From the NCBI GenBank assembly GCA_031459535.1, contig JAVKIJ010000009.1, positions 1-55,402 of the forward strand: a stretch of DNA of 55,402 bases, written 5' to 3'. This stretch comes from Candidatus Fervidifonticultor quintus. GTDB lineage: Bacteria > Sysuimicrobiota > Sysuimicrobiia > Sysuimicrobiales > Humicultoraceae. This document shows, in pieces, positions 19,572 through 28,828 of this stretch. Position numbers and translations under genes: made by a program. A model generated the notes under the pieces. That model did not search any database. It saw nothing but the letters and a program-made list of their open reading frames with translations, and was not told the DNA's origin. Each line of letters opens with the position of its first letter. Positions within the stretch are counted from its first letter, which is position 1.

Positions 19572-20785
19572 TGGTCCCCCGGGAGGCGGCCAGAGCCGTC
19601 CTGGCCCACCTGGACATGGAATACCTCACGTGGGTGCTCAGCCGTCTGGTGAGGTATCCCAGCGTCGCCCCTCCCTGTCGGCTGGGCGGGATTGCGGCGT
19701 TCGTCGCCAGAGAGCTGCGGTGCCAGGGCCTTTGTACCACGATCACCGGGGACCTCGGGGACGGGTGGGAGCGGCCCAACGTGCTCGCTGTGCTGCCCGG
19801 GGCGTCGGATGCGTGGGCGCTCATCCTATCCGCGCACACGGACGTGGTCCCCCCATACGATGAGACCGCGTGGCGGCGCCCGCCGTTTGAAGCGTGGATC
19901 GAGGACGGGATCCTGCACGGGCGCGGATCGGCCGACTGCAAGGGCAGCCTGGCGGCCATGATGGCCGCGACCCGCGCGCTTGCCCGGGCCCGGATCCCGC
20001 TGGCCCGCGCAGTGGCGCTCCTGGCGTGGGCTGGCGATGAGTGGCATCCGCCCGGCGCCCGCTGGTTCAACGGTGAGACCTTCATGGCCGCCAACGGGTA
20101 TCTACGCCCAGCAGCCTACCTGGGAGGCGAACCCTACGACCTGAAGATCTGCTGCGCCAGCCGCGGGAGGCTGTGGATAGGAGCCCGCGTGGCGGGCACC
20201 GCCTCGCACGCGGCGTCAGGCACCGGCGTCAACGCCATCCTCGGCGCCCGGCGGGTGATCGAAGCCATCTACGGGCTGCCCCGATACAGGCACGCCGTGC
20301 TGGGCGAGGACACCATCAACGTCGGGACGATCCGCGGAGGCCGGCAGACCAACACGGTTCCCGACGAGTGCTCCCTCACCTTTGACATTCGGTTCGCGCC
20401 GCCGAGGTCGGCCGCCGAAGTCCGCGCGTGGGTGGAGGCGGCGACGGCCAACGTGCAGCGGGCAGGAGATGGGTGGACCTGCGAGCTGGCCTTTCCAGAA
20501 CGGCGGGAGCCCATCGTCTTCCCCAGCGACGGACTCCTGGTCCCGGCGATGCAGGAAGCGGCCCGCACGGCCCTGGGACGGGAGCTGCCCCTCGGCGGAG
20601 CGGTTTCCTTTGGGGACATCGCCGACTGGAAGGACCTGGTCGGCATCCGGGAAGCGTGCTTGTTCGGTCCGGGCGAGACTCGGCAGGCTCACGCGATCAA
20701 CGAGCGCGTCCGGCTGGACGACGTCATGGCTGCTGCCAGGGTCTACGCGCTCACGGCGCTGCTGTGCGCGGGCATGGTGTCATGA
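19568..20785 (+). CDS. M20 metallopeptidase/deacylase, paralogue 2
   Basis: [33 protein letters not shown]. Confidence 0.9.
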   Translation: MMVPREAARAVLAHLDMEYLTWVLSRLVRYPSVAPPCRLGGIAAFVARELRCQGLCTTITGDLGDGWERPNVLAVLPGASDAWALILSAHTDVVPPYDETAWRRPPFEAWIEDGILHGRGSADCKGSLAAMMAATRALARARIPLARAVALLAWAGDEWHPPGARWFNGETFMAANGYLRPAAYLGGEPYDLKICCASRGRLWIGARVAGTASHAASGTGVNAILGARRVIEAIYGLPRYRHAVLGEDTINVGTIRGGRQTNTVPDECSLTFDIRFAPPRSAAEVRAWVEAATANVQRAGDGWTCELAFPERREPIVFPSDGLLVPAMQEAARTALGRELPLGGAVSFGDIADWKDLVGIREACLFGPGETRQAHAINERVRLDDVMAAARVYALTALLCAGMVS

Positions 20786-21741
20786 CGCTGCGGGAGGTGT
20801 GCGACAGCATCGTCGAGGAGTGCCTGGCCCTCCGGCCGACCGAGAGCCTCCTGATCGTCGGTGCGTGCCGGGAGCGCCCGCGCCATCATGCCCTGCTCTG
20901 GGAGGCATCCGAGCGACGGGGGGCGCACGCCCTCCGCCTGGCCGTGCCACCCCTGACTGCGACCTGCGGGGTGCCGGCCGCTGTGGTTGGGGCCGCCATG
21001 AGCGCGGCCGCCGCCGTGGTGCTGGGGACGCCCTGGATCTTTCCGCACGACCTCCGTCGGCAGGCGCTGGCCGCGGGGGCCCGGGTGCTCTCGCTGTGCA
21101 CGGTCACCGATGAGATGCTGCTCCGGGCCGCGGCAGGGCCGCACGCGCGCCTCGCACAGTACACGCGGCGTCTGGCGGACCGTATCAGGGCCGCGTCGGA
21201 GTGGGCGGTGCGTACCCCTGCCGGCACCCATCTGCAAGCGCGGATCTCGGGGCGCCCCGTCATCGTCCTCGACGGGCTCGCCCGCACCCCAGGGGCCTCG
21301 TCGGGGCTGCCGGCCGGGGTGATCGCCGTGACGCCTATCCCGGGGACGGCCGATGGCCGGTTGGTGCTCGACGGCAGCATCGACGGCTACGGACTGGTCC
21401 GGGAGCCGCCCAGCGTGGTCATCGCGCACGGCCAAGTCGTGGACATCACAGGCGGCGAGGCGGCGGAGTTCCTGCGCAGGCGGTTCGCTTCGACCGATGT
21501 GGCGGCTCAACGATTGTGCGAGGTCGGCACCGGCACCAACCCCCACGCGGCTTACACCGGGAACCTCGTCGAGGATGAGCGGGTGCGAGGTTCCTCGCAT
21601 GTGGGATTTGGCGGCAACACCCACCTGGGAGGCGAGAATGCCAGTCCGCTCCATTTCGACGCCACGATGCGGCGCCCCACGATTCTCCTGGATGGCGAGC
21701 CCCTCGTCGTGGACGGTACGCCGGTCTTCGAAGGTCCATAG
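20782..21741 (+). CDS. M29/aminopeptidase T-like (leucyl aminopeptidase-like) metalloprotein
   Basis: [51 protein letters not shown] 20782 overlaps the upstream stop. Confidence 0.8.
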   Translation: MTLREVCDSIVEECLALRPTESLLIVGACRERPRHHALLWEASERRGAHALRLAVPPLTATCGVPAAVVGAAMSAAAAVVLGTPWIFPHDLRRQALAAGARVLSLCTVTDEMLLRAAAGPHARLAQYTRRLADRIRAASEWAVRTPAGTHLQARISGRPVIVLDGLARTPGASSGLPAGVIAVTPIPGTADGRLVLDGSIDGYGLVREPPSVVIAHGQVVDITGGEAAEFLRRRFASTDVAAQRLCEVGTGTNPHAAYTGNLVEDERVRGSSHVGFGGNTHLGGENASPLHFDATMRRPTILLDGEPLVVDGTPVFEGP

Positions 21742-21801
21742 AAGAGCCGAGGTGACTCCGCCCGCGCGGATGCGCCGGAACCACAAAGGACGTGAGGTGA
21801 C

Positions 21802-23034
21802 ATGAACACCGAGCAGCGGATCCTGTCTGCAGTTGACGATGCTTACGTGGTGAACCTCCTGCAACGGTTGGTGCGGTTTCCGAGCATCAACCGGCACCTC
21901 GACCCCGAGGGCTCATGCGTGGAGATCGCCAGGGCCGTAGAGGATGAACTGAGGTCCTACGGACTCCCGGTCACCCGGGATGACCGTGGCGTGGACCAGG
22001 GGTGGGGGCCCAACGTCGTCGCGACCCTCGGTTCGGGGAACCCACCCGTGCTGATCCTGACCACCCACATGGACGTGGTGCCGCCCTACGATCTCTCTCG
22101 CTGGCACCACCCGCCGTTCTCAGGGGACATCACCGACGGCGTCATGCACGGTCGGGGCACCGTGGACGCCAAGGGGAGCCTGGCAGCCATGATGGCTGGC
22201 GTCCGCGCGATCGCCAGAGCGGGGATCGAGCTCGAGGGTACGGTCAAGCTGGTGGCCTGGACTGGCGACGAGGCCCATCCCGCCACGATGGCATACTTCA
22301 GCGGGATCACCTACCTGGTGCGGACCGATCAATTGAAAGGTGACGCGCTCATCTGGGGCGAGCCCTATGACCTGCGTGTGGTTCGAGGCTCCCGCGGGCG
22401 GGTGTGGCTGCGCTACGTCGTCGGCGGCGAGGCGTCCCATTCCGCGTCGGGCGCAGGCGTCAACGCCATCCTGTCCGCCGCCAGACTCATCGACGCCATC
22501 TACACCATTCCGCGTCTGACCCACCCCCTGTTGGGGACCGACACGATCAACGTCGGCACCATCAAGGGCGGGGTGCAGACGAACATGGTTCCCGATAGCT
22601 GCACGGTGACATTCGACATCCGGTTCGGCCCCCCGCGCAGCGTGGCCGACGTGCTGGCCCAGGCGCAGGAGCGGGTGGACCGCCTCTCGCGCGCAGTGCC
22701 GGGTTTCCGGCTCCTGTCGGCCGATGTGCCAGAGCGCAAGGAGCCCGTGGAGTACCCCGAGGGCCTGTCGCTGTACGAGGCCACCATCGAGGCAGGCGTC
22801 CACGCCATCGGTCGCCGCCTGGAGTATGGTGGCGCGCTTTCGTTCGGTGATACCTCTGAGTGGCGCGAGCAGGCGGGCTTGCGGCAGATCTGCTTCTTCG
22901 GACCTGGCAAGACGGCCATGGCGCATGCCATCAATGAAGAAATCGCGATCGCCGATCTCGTGGCTGCCGCGAAGATCTACGCCCTGACCGCGGCAGCGTA
23001 CTGTGGGGCCGCCGATTCGAGGGTCATGATATGA
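21802..23034 (+). CDS. M20 metallopeptidase/deacylase, paralogue 3
   Basis: HMDVVP, GRGTVDAK, WTGDEA, GEP, FGPG..AHAINE. Confidence 0.9.
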   Translation: MNTEQRILSAVDDAYVVNLLQRLVRFPSINRHLDPEGSCVEIARAVEDELRSYGLPVTRDDRGVDQGWGPNVVATLGSGNPPVLILTTHMDVVPPYDLSRWHHPPFSGDITDGVMHGRGTVDAKGSLAAMMAGVRAIARAGIELEGTVKLVAWTGDEAHPATMAYFSGITYLVRTDQLKGDALIWGEPYDLRVVRGSRGRVWLRYVVGGEASHSASGAGVNAILSAARLIDAIYTIPRLTHPLLGTDTINVGTIKGGVQTNMVPDSCTVTFDIRFGPPRSVADVLAQAQERVDRLSRAVPGFRLLSADVPERKEPVEYPEGLSLYEATIEAGVHAIGRRLEYGGALSFGDTSEWREQAGLRQICFFGPGKTAMAHAINEEIAIADLVAAAKIYALTAAAYCGAADSRVMI

Positions 23035-24353
23035 GCGCCGTAACCCACCCTCAGGCGGGAGGCACGGAGCTGACCGCAGTCGAGGAACGGATTCTCAGGT
23101 CGCTGGACGAACGGTACGCCATTGACCTCCTCAAGCGCCTGGTGGCTTTCCCCAGCTACTTCCCGCACTACGAGGAAATCGCGGCATTCGTCGAGGGTGA
23201 GATGCGCAGCTACGGTCTCGATGTGTTCGTGAAAGGCGACAGCGGGACCGGGCAGGTCGAGAGCACGGCGCTGGCAGAGCGTGCGCTTGTCTATGCCGAG
23301 GAATTCGGCGAGGCCATGACCAGGCCGTGGACGAGACCCAACGTGGTAGGCAGCATGAAGGGCACAGCGGGCGGACCGACGCTCATCATGAGGGCCCATA
23401 CGGATGTGGTCCCGCCCTACAACCTGTCGCTCTGGAAGACCGATCCCTTTGTCCCCACCGAGGCAGACGGGGCCATCTACGGGCGGGGGACGGCGGACGC
23501 CAAAGGAAGCCTGGCCGCCATGATGGCTGCTACCCGGGCGGTGGCGGCGTCGGGCGTCCGACTGCGGGGGAACCTGGTGCTCGTTGCCTGGGTCGGCGAC
23601 GAGTTCAAACCCCCCGACTCCCGATACTTCGACGGCATCAGCTACCTGGCCATGAACGATCTGATCAAGGGCGAGATGTTTATCGCGGGCGAGCCCTACG
23701 ATCTGCACATCTGTCCCGTTACCCGCGGGCGCATCTGGTTCAGCATCCACGTGGGCGGCGAGTCCACCCATGGAGCCAACTATCCGGTGAAGGGGATCAA
23801 CGCCATCCTGCAGGCGTACAAGCTGATTCAGGAGATCTTCCAGCTACCGCTCGGCGAGCATCCCTTGACTGGAAGAGATTCCATCAATCTGGGCACCATC
23901 CATGGTGGGAAGCAGCCGAACATCGTGCCGGAGGACTGCCACTTCACGTTCGACATCAGGTTTGCTCCGCCGTTGACATCCGCGCAGATTGAGCAGATGG
24001 TCCACGAGCGGATTCAGAGGCTGGAGGCGACAGATCCGAAGTTCACCGTGAAATCCATCCAGGTGACGGAGCGTCGAGAACCTCTGGAGTTCCCTCGGGA
24101 CTGCCAGTTGACACGGGCGATGCTCCGGGCCGGCAGAGCGGTTGGCCGGGAACTGCAGTTTGGTGGTGCTGTCTCTTTTGGCGCCCTGGCCTCGTACAAA
24201 GACCGTGTCGGCGTCAAGGAGTGCGTCTACTTCGGGCCGGGCGAGACCGAACAGGCTCACGCCACCAACGAGCGCGTGCTGGTCGCCGACGTGCTGGTGG
24301 CCGCGGAGGTGTATGCCCTGACGATCGCACAGGTCTGCGGCGCTCACCAGTGA
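23031..24353 (+). CDS. M20 metallopeptidase/deacylase, paralogue 4
   Basis: HTDVVP, GRGTADAK, WVGDEF, GEP, FGPG..AHATNE. Carries an N-terminal insertion of about 25 aa relative to the others. Confidence 0.9.
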   Translation: MSAVTHPQAGGTELTAVEERILRSLDERYAIDLLKRLVAFPSYFPHYEEIAAFVEGEMRSYGLDVFVKGDSGTGQVESTALAERALVYAEEFGEAMTRPWTRPNVVGSMKGTAGGPTLIMRAHTDVVPPYNLSLWKTDPFVPTEADGAIYGRGTADAKGSLAAMMAATRAVAASGVRLRGNLVLVAWVGDEFKPPDSRYFDGISYLAMNDLIKGEMFIAGEPYDLHICPVTRGRIWFSIHVGGESTHGANYPVKGINAILQAYKLIQEIFQLPLGEHPLTGRDSINLGTIHGGKQPNIVPEDCHFTFDIRFAPPLTSAQIEQMVHERIQRLEATDPKFTVKSIQVTERREPLEFPRDCQLTRAMLRAGRAVGRELQFGGAVSFGALASYKDRVGVKECVYFGPGETEQAHATNERVLVADVLVAAEVYALTIAQVCGAHQ

Positions 24354-24449
24354 CCGGGGGACCGCCAGGAGCCCGTCCCGGGACGCCCGCGCTCTCTTTG
24401 AGAACAAGAGACCCGACCACCGCGTTTGGATAGGGGAGGGGGTGTTCAC

Positions 24450-25136
24450 ATGCGGCGCGCGGGCGGGTCAGCACTCCTGGCCCTGCTGTGCGTGGTCGCC
24501 TCGGCCGGGCAGGTCGGCGGCATCGGTCTGGCGGCCCAGCCCGGCCCTGTTCTGGCGCTCACCGGCGTCTCCCACTCCCTTGACGGTCAGGTACTGGTCG
24601 TCAGCGGGTCGGTAGAGAACCGGGGGCAGGCTCCTGTGGCCCAACTGGTCATTGACGCCACCGGGTACACCTCCGCTGGCGAGGCGGCGTTCTTTGGCAG
24701 CGACGGCGTGCCCTGGAGCATTCCGCCGGGGGGTGTTGAGCCGTTCTCCATCAACCTCCCCCTGCGCAGGCAACTCATCCGCGACTATCAGGTGCGGGTC
24801 GCCCTTGCAAGCGCTCCCGGTCGGCCGCTGGCCAGCGTACGACGGGGCGTCGACGTGTCGCTCTACCACCCGCTGCTCATCTCGGTCGTGCGGCTCCGGG
24901 GTACGGTCCTGGGGGGCACGCTGATCGTGCGCAGCGATGTCGGGGGATGGCCGGTGGCCGAAGTCACGGCAGAGGCCCTCCTGGTGGTACCCGGTCGCCG
25001 GACGAACCGCCTGCAGACCCTCGTCATCGACGTTCCCGCCGACCGCGAGCGCAGGATTGATATCGGCATCGCCGGAGCCGAGCTGGTCAGCCTGCGCGCT
25101 GTAGACGTCCGGCTCACGACGACCTGGGCGCCTTAG
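24450..25136 (+). CDS. Secreted protein with FxLYD-like Ig-fold domain
   Basis: Signal peptide MRRAGGSALLALLCVVASAG, then VSGSVENRG..VIDATGYTSAGE..IPPGGVEPF. Confidence 0.6.
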   Translation: MRRAGGSALLALLCVVASAGQVGGIGLAAQPGPVLALTGVSHSLDGQVLVVSGSVENRGQAPVAQLVIDATGYTSAGEAAFFGSDGVPWSIPPGGVEPFSINLPLRRQLIRDYQVRVALASAPGRPLASVRRGVDVSLYHPLLISVVRLRGTVLGGTLIVRSDVGGWPVAEVTAEALLVVPGRRTNRLQTLVIDVPADRERRIDIGIAGAELVSLRAVDVRLTTTWAP

Positions 25137-25216
25137 GGAATGGATGTGCTTGAAGTCGGCGTACGCCTGAGTTGTCACGGGTACGCGCCAGTGCCGCAAG
25201 CGGCGACGGCACCGAT

Positions 25217-27604
25217 CTAACGAGGCGGCTCAAAGCCTCTGGCCAGGAGCAGCATCGTCTCCTGCCTCAGGACCTCGGCCGCCGCTTTGGTCGCCAAGCG
25301 TGGCGCAGCCCCTTGGACCTCACTGACAAACGCCCGCAGCTCGCCTTTGGCCGCCGCCCGCAGGCCGGCCGCGGCATACGCCCGTGCCCGTATCAGGCGG
25401 CCGTTGAGGGCTGCTGCGGCACGGGATTCGCGGATCGCGCCTGCGGCCCGCAGGTGCTCCAGGACGTTCATGAGCCCGCCGATGGTGAGCGCGTTGAAGC
25501 GCGCGCCCAGCGGATCGTGATCGGCCACGCCGCGCGGGCCGTCGGCATCGTGGGCGTCGGGCCAGTCGCTGTTGACGTGCGACGCCCAGACGTCGATGAG
25601 GTCCGCCAGCAGGGCCGGTGTGACGAACAGGTGATCCAGGGTCTGCGCCTGTCCCTGGAAGATGTAGCTGTAGGCGCCAAGCGGCGCCGTTTCCTTCAGC
25701 CTGTCCCACAGGTTGGCGAGACCCAGCGCGTACAGCGGCGCCAGCTGGTCGCTGGGATAGAGGGGCTGCCCGGGTGCAAACGGATCATCCGGCCTCGGGA
25801 AGACGTTGAGATCCCCGCCGGCGATAACCCGCACGTCGGGGCCGATCCGCCGCAGCGCCGCAATAATGGCCGCGGCGTAGGCGGCCTGTTCCCTGCGCTG
25901 GCCGACCCGGGCGGCAGGCATGCTGCTGAAGTGATTGTTGACCGCATAGACGGTCGCAAAGGCACTGGCGCCGATCCGGGAACGCCAGACGCGGAAGCGC
26001 GCCACCTGCGGCGCGCGGGTATAGACATTCCTGCCGTCCACGCCGGTGCTGCGATCCACGTCGGGGGGCAGGACGGCATTCAGCGCCTTGGGGTTCTGGG
26101 CCTGGGCGTTGTAGGCCAGGCCCGCACCCCGGTACTGAACCCGGGGACGCACGCCGAGCACTGGATCGGCGGGATCGGGCGGGACCAGTTCCACGCGATC
26201 GGTCCGGTAGAGATATGCCGAGGTGATACCCCGGTCGTCGGCGCCATCACGGTCAACCGCCGCTGCGTAGCGCGGGCCGCCCATGCGCTCGATGGTCAGC
26301 GCCAGCTCCTGGAGCACGTCTGGTTTCCCGTCTGCGTTGTCTGTGGTGCCGCACGAGAGCGTGCCCCCCGCCACCGCGCAGATGTCCTGATCCTCGGCCT
26401 CCTGCACCATAATGATGTCCGGGCCGCGCAGGTCGTTGACGATCTGGGATGCGAGCTCCCCGAGTCTTCGTTGATAGGCGGTAGTACTGGCCGGCAGGTA
26501 GTCAAAGGGCGGGGACACCCCCGGACACCCTGGATTGCCCGAGAAGTCACATCTATCGAAGGGATCATCTCTGAAATCATAGAGGCTCCGCACGTTGAAG
26601 GTGACCACGCTGTACTCGAAGGCCCGATCGAACGGCCGGAGCGGCCCGTTGGCGGATGGGTCGGGACCGCCTGCAAGCCTGACCTGGCGCTCGGGCTGGA
26701 CCGAATACTTGCCGAAGGAGAAGTGAACGCCGCCAATGGCTACCTCGGTGACGATGTCAAAAGTGCGCGCCGGAGCGATCAGCACCCGGTTGGCGCCCGC
26801 GGCCGCCTTGATCCCCAGGCTGCCCATGAGGATCCGGTAGCCGTTGCCATCGTCGAAGAGCTGCGAAGTCACGTTGTCGTAGGGGTGGGGGTCGCGAAAG
26901 ACGCGACGTGCGTAGGGATTCCCGCGCAGCGCGACCGGATGGTCTCCGCGAATCACCCAGACCTCGGCGTCGAGGTTGCTGGCGAAGACCGATCGGCGGC
27001 TGGTGACGATGCTGCCGGCGGGCACCCCGGCCCGCATGCCCTCCCGGCGCTCCCAGTAGCAGTCGGCCTCCTGCAGGCTGTCCGGGGGTGCCGCCTCGAA
27101 GGCTGGCACCTCGGCGTCGAGGTTGACTTCCCGGCGCACGACCCCGACGAGCCGGGGGCTGGTGATCTCGGTGAGGAAGTTGAACTCGGCCACGCGACCC
27201 CGGAGCACGACCTCGTCGCCGACCGCGGGGACATATGTGCCGGGCGTGTCGTCACGCGGCAGCGCCGGCAGTCTGCCCGTGAATACGAAGATTCCGTCGG
27301 ATGTGGAAGCATCCGCATCTCTGGTCATGCCGGTGTTCTGCAGGAAGAACCCGTATACAGACCCGCCGCCCGGCGTCCGGGCCAGCGTCCGCTGGTAGAT
27401 GACGCCTCGCACCCGCACCTCCATGGGGCCGGGTGCGTTCCCCGATCGGGGCGCAAACGGCGAACGGTGCAGGCGGCACTGTGCGCGTTCCGGCACGGCT
27501 CCCTGGATGACCCCGATGGGCACCGGCTCCACGTGGGCAGGGACCGATACCGTGCCCCCAAACAGCAGGAGCCCGACGCCGACGGCAACGACGACCCGGC
27601 TTAC
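25217..27604 (-). CDS. Extracellular endonuclease/exonuclease/phosphatase (ExeM/YhcR-like) with OB-fold and C-terminal FIMAH-like helical domain
   Basis: IGVIQG..SPF..VRGVI..GFFLQ..DADASTSDGIFVF (OB-fold), TFNV, PDIIMVQE, NNHFSS, GDLN, YSYIFQGQAQTLDH, DHDP. The first canonical start is GTG 27532, but a signal peptide continues in frame to 27604. Confidence 0.88.
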   Translation of the reverse strand, partial: VSRVVVAVGVGLLLFGGTVSVPAHVEPVPIGVIQGAVPERAQCRLHRSPFAPRSGNAPGPMEVRVRGVIYQRTLARTPGGGSVYGFFLQNTGMTRDADASTSDGIFVFTGRLPALPRDDTPGTYVPAVGDEVVLRGRVAEFNFLTEITSPRLVGVVRREVNLDAEVPAFEAAPPDSLQEADCYWERREGMRAGVPAGSIVTSRRSVFASNLDAEVWVIRGDHPVALRGNPYARRVFRDPHPYDNVTSQLFDDGNGYRILMGSLGIKAAAGANRVLIAPARTFDIVTEVAIGGVHFSFGKYSVQPERQVRLAGGPDPSANGPLRPFDRAFEYSVVTFNVRSLYDFRDDPFDRCDFSGNPGCPGVSPPFDYLPASTTAYQRRLGELASQIVNDLRGPDIIMVQEAEDQDICAVAGGTLSCGTTDNADGKPDVLQELALTIERMGGPRYAAAVDRDGADDRGITSAYLYRTDRVELVPPDPADPVLGVRPRVQYRGAGLAYNAQAQNPKALNAVLPPDVDRSTGVDGRNVYTRAPQVARFRVWRSRIGASAFATVYAVNNHFSSMPAARVGQRREQAAYAAAIIAALRRIGPDVRVIAGGDLNVFPRPDDPFAPGQPLYPSDQLAPLYALGLANLWDRLKETAPLGAYSYIFQGQAQTLDHLFVTPALLADLIDVWASHVNSDWPDAHDADGPRGVADHDPLGARFNALTIGGLMNVLEHLRAAGAIRESRAAAALNGRLIRARAYAAAGLRAAAKGELRAFVSEVQGAAPRLATKAAAEVLRQETMLLLARGFEPPR

Positions 27605-27744
27605 TGCACAATCACCCGCCGGTGCGTCACGAGCAGCCAGATCAGGAACGCGAGAAGCAGGACGACAACCAGTTCGGCCTGGCCTGACACGCCCAGGTAA
27701 CGTCGCACCAGGGACCGCAGTCGCGCCTCCAACACTGTCAACAT
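27601..27744 (-). CDS. 47-aa single-pass membrane peptide (not in the ORF track), Flp/pilin-like leader
   Basis: MLTVLEARLRSLVRRYLGVSGQAELVVVLLLAFLIWLLVTHRRVIVQ*. AGGAGGT RBS at 27757-27751, 6 nt before the ATG. Confidence 0.75.
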   Translation of the reverse strand: MLTVLEARLRSLVRRYLGVSGQAELVVVLLLAFLIWLLVTHRRVIVQ

Positions 27745-27834
27745 CGGCTCACCTCCTGTGTTGCGTCGTCCAACGTGCGGCGCCGGCGTCTGTCCGCCTG
27801 GCTCCGAGCCCTACAACAGTGTGTTGGCGAGGGG

Positions 27835-27874
27835 GGTTCCAAAACCATTCCTGCAGGGTTCCAGATAGGTTCCA
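27835..27874. promoter_or_regulatory. Four direct repeats at 11-bp period (GGTTCCA/CATTCCT/GGTTCCA/GGTTCCA)
   Basis: Units start at 27835, 27846, 27857 and 27868, in the divergent intergenic region. Confidence 0.6.
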
Positions 27875-27908
27875 GGACTTGGCCGGCTGGTCGCGAAAGC
27901 AGGTCATA

Positions 27909-28811
27909 GTGGCGACCTGGACCACGTTCCCCGCCAAGGAACTCCCGCGCCCAGTCCGCGCGTTGGCTGACCAGGTGCATAGCGACGGCGGCCAGGTGCT
28001 GACCGTCTATCAGGATCCAGTCGGCGATCGCTGGCAGCTCTTCTGCCTGCTGCCCACAGACCGCGTGGACCCTACGCCCTACCAGCGCGATCTCTCCAAA
28101 CCCCACGCGCAGCGCCTCCAGGAGGTGATCCGGAAACTCGACCGTTTCATCGACCCCATCGTTGCTGTCTCGCCGCACCCCGGTCTCTACTGGACGCCGA
28201 ACGGGCACCACCGGCTCGCCGCCCTCAAGAAGCTGAAGGCCGGGTTCGTCCCGGCCATTCTGATTCCCGAGGTCGAGGTGGCGTATCAGATCCTGGCTCT
28301 GAACACGGAGAAGGCCCACAACCTGAAGGAGAAGTCGCTCGAGGTCATCCGGATGTACCGGGCACTGGCCCGGGAGGCCCCGCGGACGGCCGAAGACGAC
28401 TACGCCTTTCAGTTCGAGGCAGCCCACTTCATCACCCTGGGGCTGCTCTACGAGACCAATCCCCGGTTTGCGGGCGGCGCATTCGTGCCCATCCTGCGGC
28501 GCGTGGACAGGTTCTTGAAGGCACCGCTGGCGAGGTCGCTGCAGGAGCGGGAGGAGCGGGCCGAACTGGTGCGCCGGGTTGACGAGACGCTCTCCGACGT
28601 GGTGGCGCGGCTGCGGCGTCGCGGGATCCGGCACCCCTACGTCAAGCCCTTCGTTCTGGCCCGGGTCAGTCCGCTCACACGCGCCCGGAAGACGCTGCCA
28701 TCGTTCGAGGTGACCTTCAGGAAACTGCAGGAGAATCTCCAGGAGTTCGACGTGGCGGCAGTCCGCTACGAAGACGTGGCTCAATCGGCCTTGATGGCAC
28801 CCCCGGGATAG
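27909..28811 (+). CDS. ParB/Srx N-terminal domain protein
   Basis: VDPTPYQRDLS..FIDPIVAV..YWTPNGHHRLAALKKL..ILALNTEK. GTG 27909 chosen; the ORF track extension to 27399 overlaps minus-strand genes. Confidence 0.75.
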   Translation: MATWTTFPAKELPRPVRALADQVHSDGGQVLTVYQDPVGDRWQLFCLLPTDRVDPTPYQRDLSKPHAQRLQEVIRKLDRFIDPIVAVSPHPGLYWTPNGHHRLAALKKLKAGFVPAILIPEVEVAYQILALNTEKAHNLKEKSLEVIRMYRALAREAPRTAEDDYAFQFEAAHFITLGLLYETNPRFAGGAFVPILRRVDRFLKAPLARSLQEREERAELVRRVDETLSDVVARLRRRGIRHPYVKPFVLARVSPLTRARKTLPSFEVTFRKLQENLQEFDVAAVRYEDVAQSALMAPPG

Positions 28812-28828
28812 GCAGGCCGAAGCCGTCC

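Noticed and set aside
24354-24449. Possible attR copy of the tRNA-Gly 3' end at the end of the catabolic block
   Set aside because: Only short GC-rich matches (CCCGTC, CGCCCGC) are present, not a contiguous repeat.
25172-27700. 842-aa + strand ORF
   Set aside because: It is antisense to the motif-rich nuclease gene and has no recognisable domain; a typical high-GC shadow ORF.
27399-27908. 170-aa N-terminal extension of the ParB-N ORF
   Set aside because: It overlaps the nuclease 5' end, the 47-aa ORF and the repeat array, and has low-complexity composition.
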